This document shows positions 1 to 8,472 of a DNA stretch of 64,000 bases, piece by piece. A program made the translations under genes and the position numbers. The DNA is taken from positions 6,341 to 70,340 of the forward strand of contig JAJTDF010000007.1 in the NCBI GenBank assembly GCA_021294835.1. Direction: 5' to 3'. Source of the stretch: Planctomycetaceae bacterium. GTDB taxonomy: Bacteria > Planctomycetota > Phycisphaerae > Phycisphaerales > UBA1924. The notes beneath the pieces are model-generated. The model had not been told where the DNA came from. It was given only the letters and a program-made list of their open reading frames with translations, and ran no database searches. Numbering within the stretch: position 1 is the first letter of the stretch; each line of letters begins with the position of its first letter.

Positions 1-1176
1 GCTCCGGCGATGCAGGTGGCCGACGCCCATGAGGTGATCAACATGCTTGACGGGGAGGCGCTTGAGCGGGTGGTGCGGACGCACCGGCCCGACTTTGTGG
101 TGCCGGAGATCGAGGCTATCCGCACCGAGAGGCTGCTGAAACTGGAGAAGGATGGGGTGAGCGTGGTGCCGTCGGCACGGGCGGCGCACCTGACGATGAA
201 CCGCGACGCCATCCGGGCTTTGGCGGCCGAGACGCTGGGGCTGCCGACGGCCAAATACGCCTATGCCGAGAGCGCCGAGGAGCTTCGGGCGGCGGTGCTG
301 GGGGTCGACGGGGCTGGCGGGGCCGGCGGGGCCGGCGGGGGTGGAGGGGGTGGAGGGGGCAGGGCAGCTGCGAAGAACGGGGGCATCGGACTGCCGTGCG
401 TGGTCAAGCCGGTGATGTCGTCATCAGGCAAGGGGCAGTCGGTGGTGCGGACACGGGCGGAGATCGACCGGGCGTGGACGTATGCGACGGAGAACATGCG
501 GGGCGACACCCGCCGGGTGATCGTCGAGGAGTTCATTCGCTTTGACTACGAGATCACCGTGCTGACGGTGCGGCAGCGGCCGGTGGTGGGGGGCAAGCGG
601 CGTAGCGAGCGGGCGCGGACGCTGTTCGTGCGGCCGATCGGGCACCGGCAGGAGCGGGGCGACTATCAGGAATCGTGGATGCCGTGCCCGATGAAGCCGG
701 CGGCGCAGCGGGCCGCGGAGCGGATGGCTGCCAAGGTGGTGGCGGAGATTGCCGGGCCGACGGGGGCGGGGCTGTTCGGCGTCGAGTTCTTCGTCGCGGG
801 GGATCGGGTGATCTTCAGCGAGCTGTCTCCGCGGCCGCACGACACGGGAATGGTGACGATGGTCTCGCAGGACCTGTCGGAGTTCGACCTGCACGTGCGG
901 GCGATTCTGGGGCTGCCGATCCCGCGGATCCGCTACGCCAAGGCGGCGGCCAGCGCGGTGATTCTGGCGGATTCGGCCTCGCCGAATGAGCCGGCGTATG
1001 CGGGGCTGGAGAAGGCCTTGGCGATGCCGGATGTGCAGGTGCGGCTGTTCGGGAAGCCCAGCACGCGGAAGTACCGGCGGATGGGGGTGGCGCTGGCGGT
1101 GGCGGAGACGGCGCAGGCGGCGCGGAAGGCGGCGACGCGGGCGGCCAAGTGCGTGAAGGTGGTGCCGCAGGGCTGA
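1..1176 (+). CDS. purT: Formate-dependent phosphoribosylglycinamide formyltransferase (GAR transformylase 2, ATP-grasp); 5' end cut by window edge
   Basis: The frame of ORF 10..1176 stays open back to base 1. It is colinear with E. coli PurT from about residue 46 onward ([56 protein letters not shown]...RRMGVALA). It carries a Gly-rich insertion at about 300-385. Confidence 0.93.
   Translation, partial: APAMQVADAHEVINMLDGEALERVVRTHRPDFVVPEIEAIRTERLLKLEKDGVSVVPSARAAHLTMNRDAIRALAAETLGLPTAKYAYAESAEELRAAVLGVDGAGGAGGAGGGGGGGGGRAAAKNGGIGLPCVVKPVMSSSGKGQSVVRTRAEIDRAWTYATENMRGDTRRVIVEEFIRFDYEITVLTVRQRPVVGGKRRSERARTLFVRPIGHRQERGDYQESWMPCPMKPAAQRAAERMAAKVVAEIAGPTGAGLFGVEFFVAGDRVIFSELSPRPHDTGMVTMVSQDLSEFDLHVRAILGLPIPRIRYAKAAASAVILADSASPNEPAYAGLEKALAMPDVQVRLFGKPSTRKYRRMGVALAVAETAQAARKAATRAAKCVKVVPQG
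311..360. repeat. Imperfect 9-nt tandem repeat (GGGGCYGGC / GGGGGTGGA units) encoding the poly-Gly insertion in PurT
   Basis: Direct reading: ggggctggc ggggccggc ggggccggc gggggtgga gggggtgga gggggc. Confidence 0.85.
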
Positions 1177-1218
1177 GGTGGGGCGAGGCCTGGGGGCCGA
1201 ATCAGACCTGGGGATGAA

Positions 1219-2004
1219 TCAGGCCTCGGGCTCGATGGCGTGGGCGTTGTAGACGTCGGATTCGACCAGGCCGTCGCGCAGGCGGATGACGCGGTGGGCC
1301 CGCCGGCCGATCTCGGGATCGTGGGTGACCATGATGATGGTCATGCCCTGGCGGTGCAGATTCTCGAAGAGTTCCAGCACGGCCTTGCCGGTGGTGGAAT
1401 CCAGGTTGCCGGTGGGCTCGTCGGCCATGAGCACGGCGGGCTGGGTGACCAAGGCCCGGGCGATGGCGGTGCGCTGCTGCTGGCCGCCGGAGAGTTCGCT
1501 GGGGCGGTGGCCGAGGCGGTCCCCCAGGCCGACGAGGCTGAGGGACTCGACAGCGCGGCGGTGGCGTTCTGACGGGGTCACGCCCTGATAGAACAGCGGG
1601 ACCTCGACGTTCTCGCGGATGTTCAGCTCGGGGATCAGGTTGAAGGCCTGGAAGACGAAGCCGATCTTGCGGCCCCGGTAGCGGGAGAGGTCCTCATCGT
1701 TCATCACGGCGCAGTCCTGGCCGTCGAGGAGATACTTGCCGGAGGTGGGGCGGTCCAGGCAGCCCAGCACGTTCATCATGGTGCTCTTGCCGGATCCGGA
1801 TGAGCCCATGATGGCGACATATTCACCCTTGCGGATGGCCACCGACACGCCCTTGAGGGCCTCAACGAGCACGGTTCCGTCGGGCTTGTAATAGACCCGC
1901 TTGACCTGCTGCAACTCAACCACCGGGGGCGCAGCCCCGGAGGCGGCGGCACGGGAGGCCAAGGCGGGGGCGGCGGCGGCGGAAGGGGAGGCAACGCGGG
2001 ACAC
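1219..2004 (-). CDS. ABC transporter ATP-binding protein, MacB/LolD-like
   Basis: The C-terminal 234 aa of the 822-aa ORF carry Walker A GSSGSGKST, ABC signature LSGGQQQR, Walker B VLMADEPTGNLD and H-loop VTHD. I chose the GTG start at 2004; TTG at 2010 is also possible. The upstream 560 aa of the ORF are a Pro/Arg-rich artefact antisense to the MFS gene. Confidence 0.85.
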   Translation of the reverse strand: MSRVASPSAAAAPALASRAAASGAAPPVVELQQVKRVYYKPDGTVLVEALKGVSVAIRKGEYVAIMGSSGSGKSTMMNVLGCLDRPTSGKYLLDGQDCAVMNDEDLSRYRGRKIGFVFQAFNLIPELNIRENVEVPLFYQGVTPSERHRRAVESLSLVGLGDRLGHRPSELSGGQQQRTAIARALVTQPAVLMADEPTGNLDSTTGKAVLELFENLHRQGMTIIMVTHDPEIGRRAHRVIRLRDGLVESDVYNAHAIEPEA

Positions 2005-2217
2005 GAGCAACGGTATGGACGCCGGTTGATGGGGTTGCACCCAAGCCTGGGGTGCGGGTGATGGCCGGGTGCGGGGCGGGTGGGGCGACGATGTTTCGGG
2101 GTTGGATCGGTCAGCGGAGGTGACGGGCGATGGTCGGGGGTGTATCTTGGGGGCACGTGAGACCGTTGGCCCCGCCGGCCCCTGCCAACCCGACAGTCCG
2201 GCCCGAGAGGGGGTCCT

Positions 2218-3579
2218 GTGGCGCGACATGATCCGTACGGGGCGTTGCGAGAGGCGAACTACCGACTGTTCCTGTCGGGGTTTGTGTGTTCGTCCACCGG
2301 CTTGCAGATGATGGCCGCGGCGGTGCTGTGGGAGATTTATCAGCGGACCAACAGCGCGTTGGCGGTGGGGCTGACGGGGCTGGTGCGGGCGTTGCCGGTG
2401 GTGTTGCTGGCGTTGCCGGCCGGACACGTGGTTGACAGCGTGGACCGCAAGCGGGTGCTGATGTGGACGCAGTTGGCGATGGGGTCGGCGGCGCTGGGGC
2501 TGGCGGTGGTGAGCTGGTCGGAGGCTCCGCTGTGGGTGATGTACGCCATGCTGCTGCTGACCGGGTGCGCGCGGAGCTTCAACGGGCCGGTTCGCAGTGC
2601 GCTGCTGCCGCAGCTGGTGGATCGGGCGCACTTTCAGAATGCGGTGACATGGAACGGGTCGGTGTTTCAGTTTTCGGCGATCTGCGGGCCGATTCTGGCC
2701 GGGGCGATGATGGGCTGGCTGGGGTTGGCCTGGCCGGTGTATGTGGTGACCGCGGCGGGGTGTCTGCTGCTGGCGTTCAACGCGGCCGCATTGCAGCCCC
2801 GGGCGGTGGAGAGCACAGCGCCCAAGGGTGTGAGTCTGTCTGGCATGCTGGCGGGGCTGGGGCACCTGTGGCGGGAAAAGGCGATCTTTGGGGCGCTCAG
2901 CCTGGACCTTTTCGCGGTGCTGCTGGGCGGGGCGACGGCGCTGCTGCCGGTGTACGCCAGTGAGATTCTGCACGTGGGGGAGTTTGAGTACGGGGTGCTC
3001 AAGGCCTCGCCATATGTGGGCGCGCTGGTGATGGCCCTGTTTCTGGCCCACAACCCCATCCGGCGGGCGGCCGGCAAGGCGATGCTCTGGTCGGTGGCGG
3101 GGTTCGGTGTCAGCATCATCGTGTTCGGCCTGTCGAGCAACTTCTGGCTGAGCCTGGCGGCGCTGGCGCTGGGCGGCGCGGCGGACATGGTCAGTGTGGT
3201 CATCCGGCATGTGCTGGTGCAGCACCGCACCCCGGAGAACCTGCGCGGCCGGGTGGCGGGGGTGAACAGCGTGTTCATCGAGTGCAGCAACGAACTGGGG
3301 GCGTTTGAGAGCGGGCTGGTGGCCAAGTTCTTCGGGCCGGTGTTCTCGGCGGTGTCGGGCGGGGTGGGCACGGTGCTGGTGGTGCTGGGGATCGCCTGGC
3401 TGGTGCCGGAACTGCGGAAACTGGACCGGCTGGATGAGGCTGAGGATGGCGGATCGGGGCCGGGCGGGGCGGGGCCTGGGGGGGCGGGATCCGATGGGGC
3501 GGGGCCCGGCGGCCCGGGGGCAGGCGCAACGGCGGGCGGCAGCGGGGCAGCGGGGGCGGGGCCGGGGGCAACCGGGTAA
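2218..3579 (+). CDS. MFS transporter (EntS/MFS_3-like)
   Basis: GTG start at 2218 preceded by GAGAGGGGG. Hydrophobic helices run throughout. The N-terminal pattern YRLFLSGF..S..G..M.....LW.IY..T.SAL.VGL.G....LP.VLLALPAGH.VD..DRKR is typical of this MFS subfamily. Gly/Ala/Pro low-complexity C-terminal tail at about 3430-3576. Confidence 0.8.
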   Translation: MARHDPYGALREANYRLFLSGFVCSSTGLQMMAAAVLWEIYQRTNSALAVGLTGLVRALPVVLLALPAGHVVDSVDRKRVLMWTQLAMGSAALGLAVVSWSEAPLWVMYAMLLLTGCARSFNGPVRSALLPQLVDRAHFQNAVTWNGSVFQFSAICGPILAGAMMGWLGLAWPVYVVTAAGCLLLAFNAAALQPRAVESTAPKGVSLSGMLAGLGHLWREKAIFGALSLDLFAVLLGGATALLPVYASEILHVGEFEYGVLKASPYVGALVMALFLAHNPIRRAAGKAMLWSVAGFGVSIIVFGLSSNFWLSLAALALGGAADMVSVVIRHVLVQHRTPENLRGRVAGVNSVFIECSNELGAFESGLVAKFFGPVFSAVSGGVGTVLVVLGIAWLVPELRKLDRLDEAEDGGSGPGGAGPGGAGSDGAGPGGPGAGATAGGSGAAGAGPGATG

Positions 3580-3705
3580 TGGGGCCCGGCGGGCCCGGGG
3601 GGTGTGGCGGTGGGCGGGGGAGTGGCGGGAGGCGGGGCGGTGGGCGGGGGGGCGACCTGCTAGGGGTTGGGGGCGGGGGCGGCCCAAGCCCTATGGTTGG
3701 TGGCT

Positions 3706-4194
3706 GTGCAGTGCCCGTTCTGCCAAGTTGACAACGACAAGGTGATCGACAGCCGCGCATCGGACGCGGGCAAGGTCATCCGTCGGCGGCGCGAGTGCCT
3801 GGGCTGCGGGCGGCGGTTTACCACCTACGAGCGGGTGGAGGAGCTGTCGCGGCTGACGGTGATCAAGCGGGACGGCTCGCGGGTGCCGTTTAACCGCGAG
3901 AACATCCTGCGGGGCATCCAGAACGCCTGCGGCAAGCGGCCGATCTCCGAGGACGCCAAGGTGCAGCTGGTGGCCGACATCGAGGAGCAGGTGAACCGGG
4001 AGTACGAGCGGGAGGTGCCTTCAGAACGGATCGGGCACCTGGTGTGCGAGCGGCTGAAGAACCTGGACGAGGTGGCGTACATCCGCTTTGCGTCGGTCTA
4101 CCGCAGGTTTGAGACCGCCGGGGAGCTGGTGGCGGAACTCAAGCAGCTCTCAGAGCGGGTGAAGGACGTGAAGGACCAGCAGCGGATGTTCTAG
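3706..4194 (+). CDS. nrdR: Transcriptional repressor NrdR (zinc ribbon + ATP-cone)
   Basis: I moved the start to the in-frame GTG at 3706 (VQCPFC...). Zinc ribbon CPFC...CLGC, followed by an ATP-cone (VIKRDGSRVPFNRENILRGI..., DEVAYIRFASVYRRF). Matches the NrdR layout end to end. Confidence 0.9.
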   Translation: MQCPFCQVDNDKVIDSRASDAGKVIRRRRECLGCGRRFTTYERVEELSRLTVIKRDGSRVPFNRENILRGIQNACGKRPISEDAKVQLVADIEEQVNREYEREVPSERIGHLVCERLKNLDEVAYIRFASVYRRFETAGELVAELKQLSERVKDVKDQQRMF

Positions 4195-4220
4195 CCGACG
4201 GGGAGCTATCCTCGGCGGCT

Positions 4221-5027
4221 ATGGCACAGAAAGTGTTCGCAAACGCGGCGGCGGCCTTTGCTGATCTGAAGTCCCTTGGGGTGGTCAAGGACGGCATGAC
4301 CGTGATGGTGGGCGGCTTCGGGCTGTGCGGGATTCCCGAGCAGCTCATCCTGGCGCTGTGCGACAGCGGCGTGAAGGGGCTGACATGCATCTCCAACAAC
4401 GCCGGCGTGGATGACTGGGGCCTGGGGCTGCTGCTGGCGACGCGGCAGATCCGCAAGATGATCTCCAGTTACGTCGGTGAGAACGCCAACTTCGAGCGGC
4501 AGTTCCTCTCCGGTGAACTGGAGGTGGAGTTCAACCCGCAGGGCACGCTGGCCGAGCGGATCCGCGCTGGCGGGGCGGGCATCCCGGCCTTCTACACCGC
4601 GACGGGCGCCGGCACGGTGGTGGCCGACGGCAAGCACACGCGGGAGTTCCTGCGGCCCAGCGAGGGGCTGTGCGGCTGCACGATCCCGGGCATGGGGTAC
4701 GCCGGTCGGCCGGCCAAGCCCGGCGAGAGCCTGCCCCAGCACGGCCAGCCCCGGCAGTATGTGCTGGAGACCGGGCTGTATGCGGACCTGAGTCTGGTGA
4801 AGGCGGATGTGGCCGATGAGTTCGGCAACCTGGTGTACCGCAAGACGGCGCGGAACTTCAACCCGATGATGGCGACGGCGGGGGCGTTTGTGATCGCCGA
4901 GGTGGAGAAGATCGTGCCCGCGGGGCAGTTGGACGCCGATCACATCCACACCCCGGGGAACTTCGTCAACCGCGTGATCGTCAGCACGCCGGAGAAGCGG
5001 ATCGAACAGCGGACGGTGCGGAAGTAA
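4221..5027 (+). CDS. 3-oxoacid CoA-transferase family, subunit A (ScoA/AtoD-like), with an internal insertion
   Basis: Motifs DGMTVMVGGFGLCGIPE, SNNAGVDDWGLG, SSYVGEN, GELEVEF.PQGTLAERIRAGGAGIPAF, GNLVYRKTARNFNP.MATA and IHTPG.FV.R fit the A subunit. About 35 aa between REF and QYVLE (4650-4754) have no counterpart in B. subtilis ScoA as I recall it. Confidence 0.85.
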   Translation: MAQKVFANAAAAFADLKSLGVVKDGMTVMVGGFGLCGIPEQLILALCDSGVKGLTCISNNAGVDDWGLGLLLATRQIRKMISSYVGENANFERQFLSGELEVEFNPQGTLAERIRAGGAGIPAFYTATGAGTVVADGKHTREFLRPSEGLCGCTIPGMGYAGRPAKPGESLPQHGQPRQYVLETGLYADLSLVKADVADEFGNLVYRKTARNFNPMMATAGAFVIAEVEKIVPAGQLDADHIHTPGNFVNRVIVSTPEKRIEQRTVRK

Positions 5028-5096
5028 GTCCGCTGCCGGGGTGAGGGAGGGGAGGGGCGGGGGGGGGCTGTGGAGGGGCGAGGGCGGAGTCTGCAC

Positions 5097-5741
5097 TCAG
5101 GCGGGCGTGAGCCGCGCCAGCACATGGCCGGTGGGGACCTCGTCGCCGACTTTGACGGTGATCTCGCTGATGGTGCCGGAGGCCAGCGCCCGCACGGTGC
5201 CGACCAGCGGGGTGGTGCTGCTGGCCAGCGTGCTGGAGACCTGCACGGTGGCGATGGGGTCAGCCATGCGGACCACCGATCCGGGGCTGACGAGCACCGC
5301 GGTGACGGTGCCGCCGAGCGGGCAGGGGATCTCATTGGGGTTGGCCGGGTGCACGTGGTGCATGTGCGGGTGCACGAGCAGTTCGTGCCCATCGGGCAGG
5401 GGCTCGGGGCGGGGCCCGGCGGCCGGGGCGGGCCCGCGTGGGGGCAACGGTGGCAACGCGGGCAGTGGGGCGGGCTGCGTGCCGGGGGGGTGCATCTGCC
5501 GCACCGGGTGGTGCGAGCGGGCGGCGGGGGCTGCAACGGGGGCGGCAGCCGGTTGGGGCGTTCCCGGCTCCCTGGCAACAGCGTGGGCCGCGGTGGCTGC
5601 CGGTGCGGCGGCGGGCTCGGCCGTCGCTGGTCCTTGGGCGCCGGTGCTCGCCGGCGGGGCGAGCACCGAGACGCCGCTCTTCGGTGCAACATCAACCAGC
5701 ACGTCGTAGGGGATGTGGTCGACGGTGATGCGGAGTTTCAT
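5097..5741 (-). CDS. Biotin/lipoyl-attachment-domain protein (1.3S / BCCP-like small subunit) lacking the canonical MKM lysine
   Basis: ATG at 5741. The N-terminus MKLRITVDHIPYDVLVDV resembles 1.3S transcarboxylase/decarboxylase biotin carriers. An Ala/Pro linker follows, then a C-terminal hammerhead-like domain (EIPCPLGGTVTAVLV...ITVKVGDEVPTGHVLARL). The hairpin position reads ATVQVSS instead of EAMKME. Confidence 0.7.
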   Translation of the reverse strand: MKLRITVDHIPYDVLVDVAPKSGVSVLAPPASTGAQGPATAEPAAAPAATAAHAVAREPGTPQPAAAPVAAPAARSHHPVRQMHPPGTQPAPLPALPPLPPRGPAPAAGPRPEPLPDGHELLVHPHMHHVHPANPNEIPCPLGGTVTAVLVSPGSVVRMADPIATVQVSSTLASSTTPLVGTVRALASGTISEITVKVGDEVPTGHVLARLTPA

Positions 5742-5827
5742 GCGTGGCTCCGGACGGGGGTTGCAGGGCGACGGGGGCAGGGCGGGGACAGTTGGTGGGC
5801 CGGGAGGGCTGGCGGACAGCGGACCGA

Positions 5828-6070
5828 TCACCACCCGGCGGGGGCGTGGGAGCCCATGGCGGCGCGGCGGCCGGCGATGACCCACGGGCTGGGTCGATCG
5901 CTGTGGTACGCCGGCGAGATCCGCAGCACGCGGGCCTGCTCGCCGAGCAGCTGGCGGACGGCGGTCTGGATGACGCGGACGTGGGCGTCGGGCACGCCGG
6001 GGGCGTGGGCGGTGTCGGTGGCAGCAGTCCGGGCGTCGGCTTCGATGACGATCTGGTGCTTGATGTTCAT
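5828..6070 (-). CDS. Small hypothetical protein (80 aa) between the carboxyltransferase and the BCCP-like gene; possible accessory subunit
   Basis: ATG at 6070 (MNIKHQIVIE...). Third-codon positions are almost all G/C, as in neighbouring real genes. Same strand and operon position. I recognised no family; the accessory-subunit role is positional inference only. Confidence 0.55.
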   Translation of the reverse strand: MNIKHQIVIEADARTAATDTAHAPGVPDAHVRVIQTAVRQLLGEQARVLRISPAYHSDRPSPWVIAGRRAAMGSHAPAGW

Positions 6071-6125
6071 GGGGGTTGGCTGCGGAGTGCGGAGGGTGAT
6101 CGGGTCGGTGCGGAGCATGGCGGCA

Positions 6126-7778
6126 TCACAGCGGCATCAGGCCGTGCTTCTTCTCAGGGCGAAGTTCGCGCTTGGTCTTCCACTGCTCCAGGGCGCAGGC
6201 GATGTAGCGACGGGTGTCAGCGGGGTCGATGATGTTGTCGACCATGCGGCGGCCGGCGGCCATGAAGGGGTTGGAGAAGGTGGCGCGGTACTGCTCGACC
6301 AGTTCCTTCTTCTTGGCGTCGCGGTTCTCGGCCTCGCCGAGTTCCTTGCGGAAGATGACCTCGGCGGCGGCCTCGGCGCCCATGACGGCGATCTCGGCGG
6401 TGGGCCAGGCGGCGACGGCGTCGGCGCCCAGGTCCTTGCTGGCCATGGCGACGTACGCACCGCCGTAGGCCTTGCGGATCACCACGGTGATCTTGGGCAC
6501 GGTGGCGGCGGAGTAGGAGAAGAGCAGTTTGGCGCCGTGCCGGATGATGCCGCCGTACTCCTGCTTGACCCCGGGGAAGTAACCGGGGGTGTCCACCAGC
6601 GTGACGATGGGGATGTTGAAGCCGTTGCAGAAGCGGACGAAGCGGGCGGCCTTGTCGGAGGAGTCGATGTCCAGGGAACCGGCCTTGACGGCGGGATTGT
6701 TGGCGACGATGCCCACGGTGCGGCCGGTGACGCGGCCGAAGCCGACGATCAGGTTGGGGGCGAAGGCGGCCTGCACTTCCAGGAAGTCGGCGTTGTCGAC
6801 CAGCCGCTCGATGATCTTGTGCATGTCGTAGGTGTACCGCTGGTCGGTGGGCAGGATGGCGCCGATCTTGTCATCCGGCGGGGTGCGACCGTCGTGCGGA
6901 AGCCGGGGCGGGTCTTCCATGTTGTTTGACGGCAGGAAGGAGAGCAGCTTGCGGCAGATGCGGGCGGCGTCGCGGTCGTCCTCGGCAATGAAGTGGATGT
7001 TGCCCGAGTAGTGCATGTGGGCCTCGGCCCCGCCCAGTTCGTCGGCGGAGACTTCCTCGCGGGTGACCTGCTTGATGACCGAGGGGCCGGTGATGAACAT
7101 CTGGGCCCGGCGGGTCTGGATGACAAAGTCGGTGAGCGCGGGGCTGTAGGCGGCTCCGCCGGCGCAGGGGCCGCAGATCAGGGAGATCTGGGGCACCACG
7201 CCGGAGAGCAGGGTGTTGTGGTAGAAGACGCGGCCGTAACTGGCCAGCGAGTCGATGCCCTCCTGGATGCGGGCACCGCCGGAGTCGTTGATGAAGACAA
7301 AGGGCGTGCCGGTCTTGAGGCTGGCCCGCATCATGTCGACGATCTTGTCGCCGTGCACCTCGCCGAGGGCTCCGCCGCCGACGGTGAAGTCCTGGCTGGC
7401 GGCGTGCACCAGTCGGCCATCAACGGTGCCCACGCCGGTGACCACGCCGTCGGCGGGCAGGTCTTTACCGGCCATGCCGAACCATGAGCAGCGGTGCTGG
7501 GCGAAGCCGTCGCGTTCCTGGAAGGAGCCCTCGTCGAGCACGGCGGCCAGCCGCTCGCGGGCGGTGAGGTTGCCGGCGGCGTGGTGCTTGGCGATGCGGT
7601 CGGCTCCGCCGCCCAGCTCAACCTTGGCCCGCTTGCGCTTGAGTTGCTCAACCCGCTCGGCCATGGTGGGGGGCGGTGCGGGCTTGGCGGGGGCGTCCGG
7701 CTTGGGGGCTGCTGCGGGGGCGGCGGCCGGGGTGGCGTCGATCTTGCCGTTGGTGGTGCTGTTGGTGCTGGCGGCCAT
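6126..7778 (-). CDS. Acyl-CoA carboxylase carboxyltransferase subunit (propionyl-CoA carboxylase beta / methylmalonyl-CoA carboxyltransferase 12S-like)
   Basis: Full-length match to the carboxyl_trans family (GKLTARERL-type NLTARERLAAVLDEGSF.E, VVTG.G.V.GR, DFTV.GG.LG, INDSGGARIQEG, GPCAGGAAYSPALTDF, FITGP.VIK.VT.EEV..E.LGGA..H, GVKQE.GGIIRHGAKLL). The Ala/Pro-rich 38-aa N-terminal extension makes the start uncertain; the alternative is ATG at 7664. Confidence 0.9.
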   Translation of the reverse strand: MAASTNSTTNGKIDATPAAAPAAAPKPDAPAKPAPPPTMAERVEQLKRKRAKVELGGGADRIAKHHAAGNLTARERLAAVLDEGSFQERDGFAQHRCSWFGMAGKDLPADGVVTGVGTVDGRLVHAASQDFTVGGGALGEVHGDKIVDMMRASLKTGTPFVFINDSGGARIQEGIDSLASYGRVFYHNTLLSGVVPQISLICGPCAGGAAYSPALTDFVIQTRRAQMFITGPSVIKQVTREEVSADELGGAEAHMHYSGNIHFIAEDDRDAARICRKLLSFLPSNNMEDPPRLPHDGRTPPDDKIGAILPTDQRYTYDMHKIIERLVDNADFLEVQAAFAPNLIVGFGRVTGRTVGIVANNPAVKAGSLDIDSSDKAARFVRFCNGFNIPIVTLVDTPGYFPGVKQEYGGIIRHGAKLLFSYSAATVPKITVVIRKAYGGAYVAMASKDLGADAVAAWPTAEIAVMGAEAAAEVIFRKELGEAENRDAKKKELVEQYRATFSNPFMAAGRRMVDNIIDPADTRRYIACALEQWKTKRELRPEKKHGLMPL

Positions 7779-7832
7779 GGTGGACTTTCGGTGAGATGGG
7801 CGTGTGGTGAGGGCCGGGGGATGGGCAGTCGC

Positions 7833-8270
7833 TCAGACCGATGCGGCCTGATGGGCCGGCTCGCACAGTTCGGTGAGCACGCCCATGGAGGCCTTGGGGT
7901 GGAGGAAGGCGATGCGGGTGTGGTGGGCGCCGTTGCGGGGCTGCTCGTCGATCAGCCGGACGCCGGCGGCTTTGAGTTCGGCCAGCCGGGCGGGCAGGTC
8001 GGCGACGGTATAGGCGACGTGGTGCAGCCCCTCGCCCCGCTTCTCGATGAAGCCGGCGATGGGGGAGGTGGGGGCGGTGGGTTCGAGCAGTTCCAGCCGC
8101 ACGGCGTGGTCACCCTCGCCCAAGGTGTAGAACGCGACCTTGACCTGCTGCTCGGGCACCTCCTCGATGCCCTCCAGCCGGGCGCCCAGCACGTCGGCAT
8201 AGAAGGCGTGCTGGTCGGCCAGCGAGCGGACGGCGATGCCCAGGTGGTTGATGGCGCGGGCGTTGATCAT
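7833..8270 (-). CDS. mce: Methylmalonyl-CoA epimerase (VOC/glyoxalase fold)
   Basis: ATG at 8270 (MINARAINHLGIAV...). Motifs HLGIAV, VAF...G....ELLEP....SPI..F.EKRGEGLHHVAY.V.D, G.RLID..PR.GA are typical of Mce. Adjacent to mutAB/meaB and the carboxyltransferase. Confidence 0.85.
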   Translation of the reverse strand: MINARAINHLGIAVRSLADQHAFYADVLGARLEGIEEVPEQQVKVAFYTLGEGDHAVRLELLEPTAPTSPIAGFIEKRGEGLHHVAYTVADLPARLAELKAAGVRLIDEQPRNGAHHTRIAFLHPKASMGVLTELCEPAHQAASV

Positions 8271-8472
8271 CCGGTCTCTCCTTTCGGGGCTCGCTCGGCG
8301 GGCTCGGTGGCACGCTCGGGGAACCCTTTGGGGGGTGCGGGTGTGTGCTGCCAGTAGTTTACGACCAAAGGACCCGATTGTCATCTATTGGGGACGATTC
8401 ACGCAAAATCCACCGTTTTCGAGGAGTTTGGGCGGGCATTGAGGAAGCAAATCACCTGATTGGGTGGGTGGG
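8271..8472 (-). promoter_or_regulatory. Putative promoter/leader region of the mce-carboxyltransferase operon
   Basis: A 202-nt gap between the meaB stop and the mce start, with a clear local drop in GC (e.g. 8345-8460). I could identify no confident -35/-10 pair. Confidence 0.3.

Noticed and set aside
2005-3687. N-terminal 560 aa of the 822-aa minus-strand ORF 1219..3687
   Set aside because: Extremely Pro/Arg/His/Gln-rich with no motifs. It lies antisense to a well-supported MFS transporter. Only the C-terminal ABC ATPase domain is real.
5070-6929. 619-aa plus-strand ORF
   Set aside because: Gly/Arg/Ala-rich antisense shadow of the BCCP-like, small-ORF and carboxyltransferase genes. The opposite strand has clear family motifs.
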